In this document: positions 39,752 to 53,674 of the stretch, piece by piece | Numbering within the stretch: position 1 is the first letter of the stretch | How the letters are laid out: each line of letters starts with the position of its first letter | Assembly (NCBI RefSeq): GCF_006345805.1 | Contig: NC_043009.1 | Coordinates: 23,436,001 to 23,500,000 of the forward strand | DNA: 64,000 bases | Origin: Octopus sinensis | Taxonomy: Eukaryota | Direction of reading: 5' to 3' | Program-made: the position numbers and the translations under genes | The notes under the pieces: model-generated | What the model saw: only the letters and a program-made list of their open reading frames with translations | Databases searched by the model: none | Told to the model about the DNA's origin: nothing

Positions 39752-39995
39752 ATGTGTGTGAATTGTGTATATATGTGTGATTGAATGTGTGTATTTGTGC
39801 ATGCATATATTTATGTGTGATTATGTAGGTGTGTACGTAATTAACTTAAGTATGTATAATAACATGGACATGTATTTAAATATGTATGTATAATGTGTGT
39901 ATATATGTGTTAGTATGTTCAATTGAAGTGCAAGCACACAGAAAAACAAATGCAAAAAGAAAAAGATGTTCACCATTTCTCTCCTAATCTTCATT

Positions 39996-40034
<39 letters not shown>

Positions 40035-40549
40035 CACAAACACAGATATTTATACAAATAGATATACACAAATTTGTGTGTGTGCATGTGTATGCTGCCA
40101 CTATCATCATCATCGTCTTTGTCTTCATTATTGATGTATTCTTTCATTCTTTTACCTGTTTTAGGCATTACAGGTGGTCATGCTGGGGCACTGCCTTGAA
40201 GAAATTTTGTTTTTTAAAGCCGGGTACTTATTCTATCGTTCTTTTTTGCTGAACTGCTAAGTTACAGGGACATAAACACATCAACACTGGTTGGCAAGTG
40301 GTGGTCATGTATTTTTTATTGGGATCCTCTCTGGTAATGAGTTTTACCATTTCTTACAGTCTTTGGTCATTGTCTACATTAAACATCACAGAAGCTTGCT
40401 TCCCAGCCACCTGGTTTTGGGTTCAGTCCCGCAGCGTGGCACCTTGTTTTCTATTGTAACCTTTGGCCAACCAAAGCCATGTCACTGGATTTGGTAGACA
40501 GAAACTGAAAGAAGCCTATTGTATGTATATATATATATATATATATATA

Positions 40550-40868
40550 GGAGCACTCCATCAGTTACGACGACGAGGGTCCCAGCTGATACGATCAACA
40601 GAACAGCCTTCTCGTGAAATTAACATGCAAGTGGCTGAGCATTCCACAGACATGTGTACCCTTAACATAGTTTGCAAGGAGATTCAGCATGACACAGGGT
40701 GTGACAAGGCTAGCCCTTTTTCAAATACAGGTACTACTCATTTTTGCCAGCTGAAGCAACATAAAATAAAGTGTCTTGCTCAAGGACACAACGTGTCGCC
40801 GGGAATCAAACTCACAACCTTATGATCATGAGCCGATTGCCCTAACCACTAAGCCATGTGCCCTCACA
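40550..40868 (-). mobile_element. tRNA-headed CORE-type SINE with distinct 3' module
   Basis: Minus strand GGGCACATGGCTTAGTGGTTAGG..GTTTGATTCCCGGC..GTGTCCTTGAGCAAGACAC; homolog split by a family A copy at 42330-43025. Confidence 0.75.
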
Positions 40869-41469
40869 TGTGTGTGTGTGTGTGTGTGCATATATCTATG
40901 TATGTGTGTCTTTGTGTCTGTGTTTGTACCCCCATCACTGCTTGACAACCCACTGCATGGCACCTCGGGCAGGTGTCTTCTACTATAGCCTCGGGTCGAC
41001 CAAAGCCTTGTGAGTGGATTTGGTAGACGGAAACTGAAAGAAGCCCATCGTATATATGTATATATATATGTGTATGTGTGTGTGTATGTGTTTGTCCCCC
41101 AACATTGCTTGACAACCGATGCTGGTGTGTTTACGTCCCTGTAATTTAGCGGTCCAGCAAAGAGACCGATAGAATAAGTCCTGGGGTCGATTTGCTCGAC
41201 TAAAGGTGGTGCTCCAGCATGGCCACAGTCAAATGACTGAAACAAGTAAAAGAGTAACTATTTTTTAATACAATTCTTAATAATATTTATTTCTAAAAAC
41301 ATAAAAGGATTTTTTAAACATCAAATGGCTATGAGGGTCCAACCGAATACAGAGGGAATCAAAGGGGTCCGCAGATAAAACATGGCTGAGGAACACTGTT
41401 CTAGAGTTACAAAGTGAAGACATGTGGCTCAGGATGTTACACTCATGATTGTAATATTGTGGTTTCAAT

Positions 41470-41900
41470 AAGGCGGCGAGCTGGCAGAAATGTTAGCATG
41501 CCGGGCGAAATGCTTAGTGGTATTTCGTCTGCCATTACATTTTGAGTTCAAATTCCACTGAGGCTGACTTTGCTTTTCATCCTTTCGGGGTCGATAAATT
41601 AAGTACCAGTTACGCACTGGGATCAATGTAATTGACTTAATCCAGTTGTCTGTCCTTGTTTGTCCCCTCTATGTTTAGCTCCTTGTGGACAATAAAGAAA
41701 TAAGAAATGCTAGCATGCTGGGTGAAATGTTTAGTGGTATGTCATCTGTCTTTACATTCTGAGTTCAAATTCCACCAAGGTTGACTTTGCCTTTCATCCT
41801 TTTGGGGTCAATAAATTAAGCACCAGTTGTTTTCTGGGGTCGATCTAATCAACTGGCCCCCTCCCCAAAAATTTCAGGCCTTGTGCCTAGAGTAGAAAAG
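41470..41900 (+). mobile_element. Dimeric SINE family B insertion with 17-bp TSD
   Basis: AATATTGTGGTTTCAAT at 41453-41469 and 41901-41917 flanks two family B monomers. Confidence 0.85.
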
Positions 41901-42419
41901 AATATTGTGGTTTCAATTCCCTGACTCGGCAGTATGTTGTGTTCTTGAGCAAGACACTTTATTTCATATTGCTCCGGTTCACTCAGTTGTAAATGAGTAA
42001 TTGTGTGATGAATTGGCATCCTGTTCAGGGGAATGTGATGACCTTGGTCACATATATACCCAGAGAAATTGGGTGACTGACCTTATGAGTCCTAAGACTT
42101 GAGAGGTTAATGTCCAGGGAGTTGATGATGACGATGGCGGTTACAGAAGTGTTTTGCTTCTAAGAAGCTTTCTGGGCATTTGAAAGATATCATTTGAGTT
42201 TTCTTAAAGATAACTACTATTGAGTATTTGTGACATACTAAAACCTTGTTCTGTCAGCCTGTGATCCCACGACATCTCGTATACACTCACAATTTGCACA
42301 GAGCACACAACAGCCTGGCTCTCTATTGGCTTTGATGCTGAGCATTCCAGTTGATTCAACCAACGGAACAGCCTGCTCGTGAAATAAACGTACATGTGGC
42401 TGAGCACTCCACAGACATA

Positions 42420-42808
42420 CTCTTTTACTCTTTTACTTGTTTCAGTCATTTGACTGCGGCCATGCTGGAGCACTGCCTTTAATCGAGCAACTCGACCCCG
42501 GGACTTATTCTTTTGTAAGTCTCTTTTGCTGAACCGCTAAGTAACGAGGACGTAAACACACCAGCATCGGTTGTCAAGCAATGCTAGGGAGACAAACACA
42601 GACACACAAACATACACGCACACACATATATATATACATATATACGACGGGCTTCTTTCAGTTTCCGTCTACCAAATCCACTCACAAGGCAATGGTCGGC
42701 CCGGGGCTATAGCAGAAGACACTTGCCCAAGGTGCCACGCAGTGGGACTGAACCCGGAACCATGTGGTTGGTTAGCAAGCTACTTACCACACAGTCACTC
42801 CTGCGCCA
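42420..42808 (-). mobile_element. SINE family A (young), nested in another SINE
   Basis: Near-consensus copy interrupting ...TCCACAGACAT|GTGTAC... of the host SINE. Confidence 0.9.
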
Positions 42809-43041
42809 TGTGTACACTTAACGTAGTTCTCAAGGAGATTCGGTGTAATACAGCGTGTGACAAGGCTGGCCCTTTGAAATACAGGTGCTACTCATTTTTG
42901 CCAGATGAATGGATTGGAGTAATGTGAAGTAAAGAATCTTGCTCAAGGACACAATGCATTGCCAGGAATTAACTCACAATCTTACAATTGCAAGCTGAAT
43001 ACCCTAGCCACTTAGCCATGCACCGTCACAGGCATACAACA

Positions 43042-43839
43042 CAGGCATACCTCGGACTTAAGTCATTTCAATTATACGTCGGTTTACAAAAGTAATATAT
43101 GGAAAATTAAAAATCAAGTTAAGTCATTTTACTCAACTTTACGTTTGTCTGCTACAAATATTGGAATCATAAAATCTCTGGAAAACCATTAAAAGTACAT
43201 AAAATCATGTTAATGTATAATAAATAAGAATAAAAGCATATAAAATCAAATTAAACTGTGAGCAGTAAATGTTAAGATACACACCATAAAGTAGTGTAGC
43301 TTAGTGAACGAAATCATAAAATCAGCTGTGTTATCTTATTTATCAGTCTTTTGGAGCTCATAATGCACTGTAGTTCCAATATCTACCATTAGGCATTGTT
43401 GTCACTCATGATTCCTGCGATTGTTTTGAATTCAAATTTTCTAACATGTGCTTATTGGCTACTTTCTCATTCTCATTCATTTGTGACTTTATTTTTTACC
43501 CCCATGGTTCCTAAGAAAATTCATAGTGAAAGTGCTAAGTGCCATGCAGTAATGGTGGAAGATAAACTGGCAATGTTAAAATGCTATGAAAAAGGTGAGA
43601 AAGTGATAGCAATTGCACAATCTTTTGAGATGAGTTGGACAACTGTATCAACAATTGTACATAATAAGGACAAGATTTTAGCACACATAGCTTATATTAA
43701 CCATGTATTATTGAAAATGCATCCATAAATAAAGTACAGAACTGGGAATGGCTATTATCAGTTTAGCCTAGAGACAAGTTAATTTGACTTAAGTCAAGTC
43801 TCTTGAAACCAATTAATGACATAGGGTGAAGTATGCCTG
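43042..43839 (+). mobile_element. Internally deleted Tigger-like element
   Basis: Ends CAGGCATACCTC / GAAGTATGCCTG|TA; residual N-terminal HTH: EDKLAMLKCYEKGEKVIAIAQSFEMSWTTVSTIVHNKDKI. Confidence 0.8.
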
Positions 43840-43843
43840 TATA

Positions 43844-44041
43844 CTGTATTTGATGGCATATAAGACACACTTTATTTTCAAAAAAACTGCCTTAAAAATC
43901 ACCCTGGGCCCTATGTGTGAAGCTGGGCCTATATTACATGCTTTAGAGTGCTAATAATGTTTTTTTTTTTCTTTGAATATGTGCTGCTGAAATTAAGATG
44001 CATCTAATATGGCCATACATCTTTTACACCATCAAATATGG
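43844..44041. mobile_element. Tc1/pogo-type MITE (~198 bp)
   Basis: TA|CTGTATTTGATGGCATATAAGAC ... CATCTTTTACACCATCAAATATGG|TA. Confidence 0.65.
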
Positions 44042-46879
44042 TAATCCAAAGAACAGAGAGGTAGAACATAAAGCATAAGGAATTCCATTTGGCAATTCTA
44101 CCAATTTGCTGCCAAACAGAATGGGGGACAGAGTTCTTAACTCATAAGTGCTCAGTGGTGTTTCGGGGGAAAACAATCCTTTGATATAGGTGTTAATGGT
44201 AAATATTGCAATAAGCTATCCTGGACCAAACATGGGCTGCCCTTTTGGTAGTTACCCAGCCCAGGAATACAGGTGAAACCAATAGCAGCAGTATGGTGGT
44301 TGTTTCAGTCTTGGCAAAAGAGTTAGCCACTGACCAATGGTGATGCTAACATGATGCTGCATACAGAAACCTTATAAGGTCAGATATATAATATGAAACT
44401 TTGTTTAACTTTGGTCCTTAGTTACTTCAAAAACATTCAAACTGAAATCATAAAGCATACACCCCTCTAACTTCCAAAATATTACAAGCTTGGTGCCAAA
44501 ATTTCTAACCATTATTATTACTATTATATTAATACAATATATTATGGTCTTATTATCCACTCTGTAAGGTTGGTGCAGATAGAAACACACTGAGCAATAA
44601 TTAATTTTGTTGATTAATGACCAACTTTAAATCCTGACTGTTTTAGTATTGTATTCTATCCCACTGTTGGCTTACACTTCAACAGACCACACCTGCTCCA
44701 ACACATCAATTGTGTTTGGGTGTGCATGAGCAGGTACAAATTACAATACTTTTTACTCTTTGCTTCTTTCAGTTATTATACTGTGGCCATGCTGGGGCAC
44801 CACCTTGAATTTTAGCTGAACGAATTGACCCTAGTTGCGTTTGGTAAACCACTAAGTTATGGAGACGTAAACACGCCAACACTGGCTGTCGAGTAGTGGT
44901 TCTCAACAGATATAAAGGACTTTGTGAAAACTTGAACTGTATGGTAAGAAGTTTGCTTCCCAACCATAAAGGTTTCAGGTTCAATCCTACTGTGTGGTAC
45001 TTTGGCAAGTGTCTTCTACTATAGCTGCAGGCTGACCAAAGCCTCGTGAGTGGATTTGGTAGAAGGAAATTGAAAGAAGCTCATCGTGTATATATATGTG
45101 TGTGTGTGTGTACGCATGCATGCATGTATCTGTCTCTGGCCCCACCACTTCACAACTGGTGTTGGTGTGTTTACATCCTTGTAACTTAGTAGTTTCGCAA
45201 TAGAGACCAATAGAATAAGTACCAGGCTTTAAAAACAAAACAAAACAAAAAAAAAATGTTAAGTCTTTGGGTTGGTTCAGTTAGCTAAACTTTTTCAAGG
45301 TAGTGCTCCAGCATGGCTGCAGTCAAATGGCTAAAAACAGATAAAATATTAAAGCTAAAATGAGATCCATAATGGAAAATGGAAGTGGAACAGGGGGTTA
45401 AACCTAACTCAGAGACAAACAATGAGGTGGTGTGGTCTGATCTGGTCTGGCTCTAGTATAACGGCATTCTGCCACCGCTGCATTAATAGTGTACCAATTA
45501 ATCAGGAATGATACCATCTACACTACAGATAAGCGGAAAACCGGACTGTAGCATATTACACAGACTAGTTTGTTTACTGAAGACTTTCTGATGAGTGGTA
45601 AGATAACAACCTGTACTCACATACACACGTGTACAAATAAACACACATGTACACATGAACACACACACACACACAAACATTTACATGCACACAAAGAAAA
45701 ATATATCTCTAGATATTCATGTATTAAGTGTCTGCATGTTCGTACATTCTTTTATGCTTTTACTTGTTTCAGCCATTTGATTGCGGCCATGCTGGAGCAC
45801 CGCCTTTAGTCGAGCAGATCAACCCCCAGGACTTATTCTTTGTAAGCCTAGTACTTAGTCTAACATGTATACATACATTTCTATACACATATGCATATAA
45901 ACATACACTGATGTATACACACTAATATGCAAATCTATATGCACAGACAGACACTCACTATCTGCTGTTCCCTCTCTTACAGACATAGACACATACATGC
46001 AAATGTTTATGCACACATATATATGTATAAATATATATATTTAAATTTACATACACACACGTGTACATATACAAATGATGACACTATATATTTTATGCTC
46101 TACAAGTGCCTCTTATAAATGCAAAATCTTTTATTTATATACACATGTATTCTAAATATACATACATACATACATGCAAGCATACATACTTATACACCAG
46201 TCTATGAAACAGGCATAACTGTTAGTGTGTGCATGTGGGTATTAGAAGCCTGACTGTATGTGCGATTGGAGAGGTGACAGTGTGAGGGTACACACAAATA
46301 CGACAGTATGGGTATGGCATACCAGCAGGGTGGGGGTATATGACAGCTTTGTGGGTAAGGGTATACCTGTGAAAGTACAGGCATGGCTGTGTGATTAATA
46401 AATATGTTTCGCAGCCACATGGTTCCTGGCTTGCTTCCACTGCAAGCAAACTTAGGCAAGTGTCCTTTGCAATATCTTGGGTGGAGAGTGTGTGTTCCTT
46501 TATCCAGCTAGTGCCAACACACACACAAGTGAGTGAATAAACAAGAGAAAAAAAGCAGTTAATACATTTTGTAGGAGTTACACATATTATTGGCGAGCTG
46601 GCAGAATTGTTAGCATGCCAGGCGGAACTGAGGTCGACTTTGGCTTTCATCCTTTCGGGGGTCGATTAAATAAGTACCAGTTACACACTGGGGTCAATGT
46701 GATCAACTTACCCTCCCAAATTTCAGGCCTTGTGCCTTTAATAAATAGGACTATTATTTAAAACAGTTTGATGTGACTTTGCAAGTTTCTTACAGAAACC
46801 TACAGCATGAAAGTATCAGCCCTTGAGTCATTCCATACCTTTGACCATTTAATACACGCGCGTGAAAAAAACATTTATG

Positions 46880-47105
46880 TGCAGGTGGCACATAAAAAGC
46901 ACCATCTAACTGGCCCTCGTGCCGGTGGCATGTAACGGCACCCACTACACTCTCGGAGTGGTTGGCATTAGGAAGGGCATCCAGTTGTAGAAACTCTGCT
47001 AGATCAGATTGGAGTCTGGTGCAACCATCTGGTTCGCCAGGCCTCAATCAAATCGTCCAACCCATGCTAGCATGGAAAGTGGACATTAAACGATGATGAT
47101 GATGA
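46880..47105 (+). mobile_element. RTE LINE 3' tail fragment
   Basis: Two GTGGCAC subrepeats plus the standard tail. Confidence 0.85.
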
Positions 47106-47361
47106 CACACACACACACACACACACATAAATATTTCAAATAGGCATAGCAATACTAAGAATCTGGTGTAGAACTCAATACACATATGCTTCAAAATGAA
47201 GCATAATTTGAGTATGGAGCAGTAATAAGAAAATGACAAAAGAATTAATAATTATAAACTAACAGAGTTCAGAAGATAATCGTTTATTCTTTTGTCATTT
47301 CATTTTCTTATATATACATGCATACATAAATATATATATATATATATATATATGTTTGTTC

Positions 47362-47645
47362 CTTCTTGAGCCACGCCTGTCTCATAAGGGCCTGTTTCCT
47401 GGATCCTTTGGCGTAAAGGTTCCCTACCTGGATAGGACGCTGGTCCGTTGCAGGTGAGCTGCAAGATGCAGGAGGAAAGAGTGAGAGAAAGTTGTGGTGA
47501 AAGAGTCAGCAGAAGTTCACTATAACCTTCTGCCGGAGCTGCATGGAGCTTAGGTATTTCGCTCATAAATGCACACATCGCCCAGTCTGAGATTCGAACT
47601 CACGATCCCTCGACTGCGGGTCCGCTGCTCCAACCACTAGGCCAT
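47362..47645 (-). mobile_element. tRNA-derived SINE, family D
   Basis: Minus strand TGGCCTAGTGGTTGGAGCAGCGGAC..GAGTTCGAATCTC (A and B boxes). Confidence 0.8.
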
Positions 47646-47681
47646 ATACATATAAGTATATAATATATATATATATATAAG

Positions 47682-47736
<55 letters not shown>

Positions 47737-47738
47737 TA

Positions 47739-47771
<33 letters not shown>

Positions 47772-47799
47772 AGTATGTATATATATATATATAAGTATG

Positions 47800-47832
<33 letters not shown>

Positions 47833-47836
47833 TATG

Positions 47837-47867
<31 letters not shown>

Positions 47868-47871
47868 TAAG

Positions 47872-47946
<75 letters not shown>

Positions 47947-47988
47947 TATGTATATATATATTATATATATATATATATTATATATAAG

Positions 47989-48025
<37 letters not shown>

Positions 48026-48029
48026 AGTA

Positions 48030-48077
<48 letters not shown>
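47646..48077. repeat. (TA)n tract with recurrent AAGTATG interruptions
   Basis: Same compound motif recurs at 50326-50950. Confidence 0.9.
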
Positions 48078-48082
<5 letters not shown>

Positions 48083-50325
48083 CAAATCAAATCAAAACAA
48101 ATCAAAATAGATGAACATCAATGGAATTTGTATCCTTGTGGTACCAGTGCCAGTGCCAGTGGCACACAAGAATCCATCCGAACGTGGCCGTAGTCAGTAC
48201 CGCTTGTGGTACCAGTGCCGGTGGCACACAAGAATCCATCCGAACGTGGCCGTAGTCAGTACCGCATCACTGGCCATCGTGCTGTGGGCACATAACAAAC
48301 ACCATCCGGTCGTGGCCGTTCGCCAGCCTCATCTAGCACCTGTGTCGGTGGGACATAAAAAGTAGTCAGTACCGCTTGTGGTACCAGTGCCGGTGGCACA
48401 CAAGAATCCATCCGAACATGGCCGTAGTCAGTACCGCATCACTGGCCATCGTGCTGTGGGCACATAACAAACACCATCCGGTCGTGGCCGTTCGCCAGCC
48501 TCATCTAGCACCTGTGTCGGTGGCACATAAAAACACCTTCCGAAGACCCGGCAAGACTAGTCAGGCCATAAACCATGGCCCCTACCTGGGACGTAGTCAG
48601 TCCACCTGTGCATACCTTCCTCCTTGTGATACTTGTGAAGGCCTGTTGAGGCAAGTGAAAATCAAAGGCCTGTTGAGGCAAGTGAAAATCAAAATCAAAA
48701 TCAAATCAAAACAAATCAAAATAGATGAACATCAATGGAATTTGTATCTTGTGGTACCAGTGCCGGTGGCACACAAGAAAACCATCCGAAAGTGGCCGTA
48801 GCCAGTACCGCATCGACTGGCCTCCGTTCTGTGGGCACATGACAAACACCATCCGATCGTGGCCGTTCGCCAGCCTCATCTAGCACCTGTGTCGGTGGCA
48901 CATAAAAACACCATCCGAAGACCCGGCAAGACTAGTCAGGCCATAACCCATGGCCCCTACCTGGGACGTAGTCAGTCCACCTGTGCATACCTTCCTTCTT
49001 GTGACACTTGTGAAGACCTGTTGAGGCAAGTGAAAATCAAATCAAAACAAATCAAAATAGATGAACATCAATGGAATCTGTATCTTTGTGGTACCAGTGC
49101 CGGTGGCACACACTTTGTGGTACCAGTGCCGGTGGCACACATGAGAACCATCCGAACGTGGCCGTAGCCAGTTCCGCATCGACCGGCCTCCGTGCTGTGG
49201 GCACGTAACAAACACCATCCGATCATGGCCGTTCGCCAGCCTCATCTGGCACCTGTGTCGGTGGCACATAAAACACCTTCCGAAGACCCGGCAAGACTAG
49301 TCAGTCCACCTGTGCATACCTTCCTTCCTTCTTGTGACACTTGTGAAGACCGGTTGAGGCAAGTGAAAATCAAATCAAATCAAATCAAAATAGACAAAAT
49401 AGATGAACATCAATGGAATTTGTATCTTGTGGTACCAGTGCCTGTGGCACACAAGAAATCCATCAGTGCCGTAGTCAGTGCGGTGGGCACATGACAAACA
49501 CCATCCGATCGTGGCTGTTCGCCAGCCTCATCTAGCACCTGTGTCGGTGGCACATAAAAACACCATCCGAAGACCTGGCAAGACTAGTCAGGCCATAACC
49601 CATGGCCCCTACCTGGGACGTAGTCAGTCCACCTGTGCATACCTTCCTTCTTGTGACACTTGTGAAGACCTGTTGAGGCAAGTGAAAATCAAATCAAACA
49701 AATCAAAATAGATGAACATCAATGGAATTTGTATCTTTGTGGTACCAGTGCCGGTGGCACGTGGCACATAAGAAAACCATCCGAACGTGGCCGTAGCCAG
49801 TACCGCATCGACTGGCCTCCGTGCTGTGGGCACGTAACAAGCACCATCCGATCGTGGCCGTTTGCCAGCCTCATCTGGCACCTGTGTCGGTGGCACATAA
49901 AAACACCATCCGAGCGTGGCCGTCTGCCAGCCTCGTCTGGCACCTGTGTCGGTGGCACATAAAAACACCATCCGAGCGTGGCCGTCTGCCAGCCTCGTCT
50001 GGCACCTGTGTCGGTGGCACATAAAAACACCATCCGAGCGTGGCCGTCTGCCAGCCTCGTCTGGCACCTGTGTCGGTGGCACATAAAAACACCATCCGAG
50101 CGTGGCCGTTTGTCAGCCTCGTCTGGCACCTGTGTCGGTGGCACATAAAATCACCCACTACACTCTCGGAGTGGTTGGCGTTAGGAAGGGCATCCAGCTG
50201 TAGAAACACTGCCAGATCTGACTGGACTGGTGCAGCTTTCGGGCTCCCCAGACCCCAGTTGAACCGTCCAACCCATGCTAGCATGGAAAGCGGACGTTAA
50301 ATGATGATGATGATGATGATGATGA
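48078..50325 (+). repeat. Higher-order tandem array of RTE 3' UTR sequence, ending in an intact RTE tail
   Basis: ATAGATGAACATC starts at ~48107, 48721, 49057, 49399, 49708; 60-bp subrepeats at ~49870-50150; tail at 50150-50325. Confidence 0.9.
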
Positions 50326-50344
50326 TATATATAAGTATGTATAC

Positions 50345-50381
<37 letters not shown>

Positions 50382-50448
50382 AGTATGTATACATATATAT
50401 ATATATATATATATAAGTATGTATACATATTATATATATATATATAAG

Positions 50449-50488
<40 letters not shown>

Positions 50489-50599
50489 TATGTATTATAT
50501 ATATATATATATATATATATAGAAGTATATATATATATATATATATATATATAAGTATGTATATATATAATAATATATATATAAGTATATATATATAAG

Positions 50600-50649
<50 letters not shown>

Positions 50650-50724
50650 AGTATGTATATATATATATATATATATATAAGTATATATATATAAGTATGT
50701 ATATATATATATATATATAAGTAT

Positions 50725-50774
<50 letters not shown>

Positions 50775-50823
50775 ATGTATATATATTATATATATATAAA
50801 GTATATATATATATAAGTTGTAT

Positions 50824-50854
<31 letters not shown>

Positions 50855-50954
50855 ATATAAGTATGTATATATATATATAATATATATATATATATAATAT
50901 ATATATATATAATATATATATCTCTATATTATAAATATATATATATATATACAT

Positions 50955-53045
50955 ATCAACATATGCACAAAAAAAAACAAAACCAAACTTCAGCAAAAAA
51001 GAATGGGCTGAGTTGAACAAATTAAAACTATATAAAACAATAACAATCAAAGAGGCGATAAAGGGAGTGCTGTTGTCTTAATGGATACGACATTTTACAT
51101 AACTTTGGTACTTTCTATGCTGGAAGACACAACATACTATGAAAAGGCACAAACTACAGTCAACAAAAAATAATGAGGGAACTAAAATCCATATTAAACC
51201 CATACAAAGCAGGGCTAACCGACAAAGATATTTATACCAATTTCACAAGTAAAAACTAGCCAATTCTACGGTATACCTAAGATCCACAAAAGTGAAAAAA
51301 TAAGCAACGCATGCAAGATAGCTACAGACAAATAATTAAAGTCCCTAATCCTAATGACCTCAAATTGAGACCCATAATAGCAGGTCCCGCATGCGAAACC
51401 CACCGCCTCAGTAACTTTTTAGACACCCTGTTTAAAACCACTCCTCAACATGTCAAAAGCTATATAAGGGACGACTTAGATATGCTCAATCACCTACCGA
51501 ATACTATAAACAAAAAACACCATACTGGTATCCTTCGATGTAGTCAACCTCTACTCCAATATCCCCCACAACCTAGGACTAGAGGCAATCCAATTCTGGC
51601 TAGAGAATCACGCCAACGAACTACCACACCGCATCAAAAAAGAATTTGTGATAGAAGGGTTAAATTCATCCTGGAAAATACTTCTTCGCCTTCAATGACA
51701 ACTTCTACCGACAAAAATCGGGGACTGCGATGGGTACACAATGGCCCCCTCCTTTGCCAACCTAGTCATAGGATACCTAGAGATTAGTCTGTATCGTAAG
51801 GTTCTAGAAAGATATGGCAGCCCTTTCTCCATCTACACAGAAACAACTGGAAGAGATATCTAGATGACTGTTTCATCCTTTGGCATAAAATATAGAAAAA
51901 CTCATAGAATTCCAGAAAATTTTGAACGGACTGGACGTAAACATCCAATTCACGATGGAATAGCCAACAACAACTCCCCTTCCTCGATATCCTCATTAAG
52001 AAAGCTAATAATATAATAGAAACAGACATATACTATAAGCCTACAGACTCTAAGCAATATCTTCCTTCAATTCATGCCACCCAGACACACCAGGATGAAT
52101 ATCCCCTTCAATCTAGCAAAAAGGATATGCACTATAGTCTCTAACGCAAACACCAGAGACACACGACTACAAGAACTAAAGATACCCTAATCACCAGGAA
52201 CTATCCACCTTCACTTATTGACAAATGCATTCAACGTGCCCTTCAACTTAACATCAAGGAACTGAGACATCCCAAATCAAAGAAAAACTTACAACCAAAA
52301 GCCTTACCATACATCTCCACACACAACCCTCTCAATAACGAAGCCTTCGACACCATCCTCCACAACATACCCCTCCTAAAAAAAAGACCACAGAATGAAC
52401 ACAATCCTCCAAACACACACGATCATAAAAAGCAAAAGACAGCCTAGATCCATGAAAAGTCTCCTTACACAAGCCCGAATTCACTCTTCAACACAGAAGC
52501 CGACAGTAAAAAATGTGGAAGACCCAATTGCGGGATATGCGACTATCTAATCGAGGGTTCTGAGTTCTCCTTCAAACAGGGACAACGTTTTACAGTGAAA
52601 AGCAACTTCACATGTGCTTCGGAGAACCTAATATACTCACAAACCTGCTCCGGTGTCAAGAGCAGTACATAGGCCAAACAAAAATGGTTTGCGTAAACGA
52701 ATGGCCCTGCACAGATCCCAGATAAAAATTCCACAAACAGAAAAATAGCTTTAGCCAACACATAGATACTTGCGCCAACAAAAAAACACCAAACTTCAGA
52801 ATTTTCCCCCTCTACCAATTTAGGGACGATACAACCTCAAGACAACGAATAAGTAAAGAAAATCTCTTTATTACAAAATACAAGCCACTTCTTACGGTCT
52901 ACGACAAACAATTAATATACCTCAACTTTAGAATAAAGAAAAAAAATATATATACACACACAAATACTACACTCCATAGAATCCATTACTATCAGCCCCT
53001 TCATAGCTATATTTACACCATTTCATATTCTCCTTCTCTGTTTTT

Positions 53046-53078
<33 letters not shown>

Positions 53079-53674
53079 ATCATCATCGTTATCATCATCA
53101 TCGGCATCATCATCATCGCCACCATCATCACCACCATCTTCTCCTTCTTCTTCATCATCATCGTTTCATCATCATCTCGTCGTCATAATCATCACCACCA
53201 TCACCATCATCGTCATCTTCTCTTCTCCTTCTTCTCTCCCCCCTACCCCTTAAGTTTGTCACTAATGTTTTTTAGTATAACACCTACGCTAATTCTATAA
53301 ACAACAAGCCTGTCATATAAATATTCTCCTGAATTGAACTGAGACTGCCAGCCGCCACTGACCATTCAAAATACAACCATCAGGGCACTCCCAGATTCTC
53401 CCACCCCCCTTTCCTCACCAGCCTTCCCTCTACTACCCTACCAAGAACTCACAACTACCTCGAACACACAAGTGCAAACAAGGGAGTCAGAGAAAGGCAG
53501 AATGCCACTTAAATCTGAACACTACTATAGAAATTTCTTTTAAAAAAACTTTTCTTCTAATTTTCTAATTTAATTATTTAATCATTACAGTTGAAAAGGT
53601 CTCAAAATGACCGAAACCGGTACTGAAATGTTCACTATAAAATTATTTTAGCATTTTCTATTTTTTACTTGTTT

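Noticed and set aside
45592-45610. CTGATGAG motif
   Set aside because: No downstream stem II or GAAA.
48111-50300. Repeat-spacer appearance and many 75-150-aa ORFs (CRISPR-like or repetitive protein)
   Set aside because: 'Spacers' are themselves repeated and the sequence is RTE 3' UTR; eukaryotic context with no cas genes.
50430-51050. 206-aa Ile/Tyr ORF and similar ORFs at 47797, 54852, 55076 and 56712
   Set aside because: Translations of (TA)n tracts.
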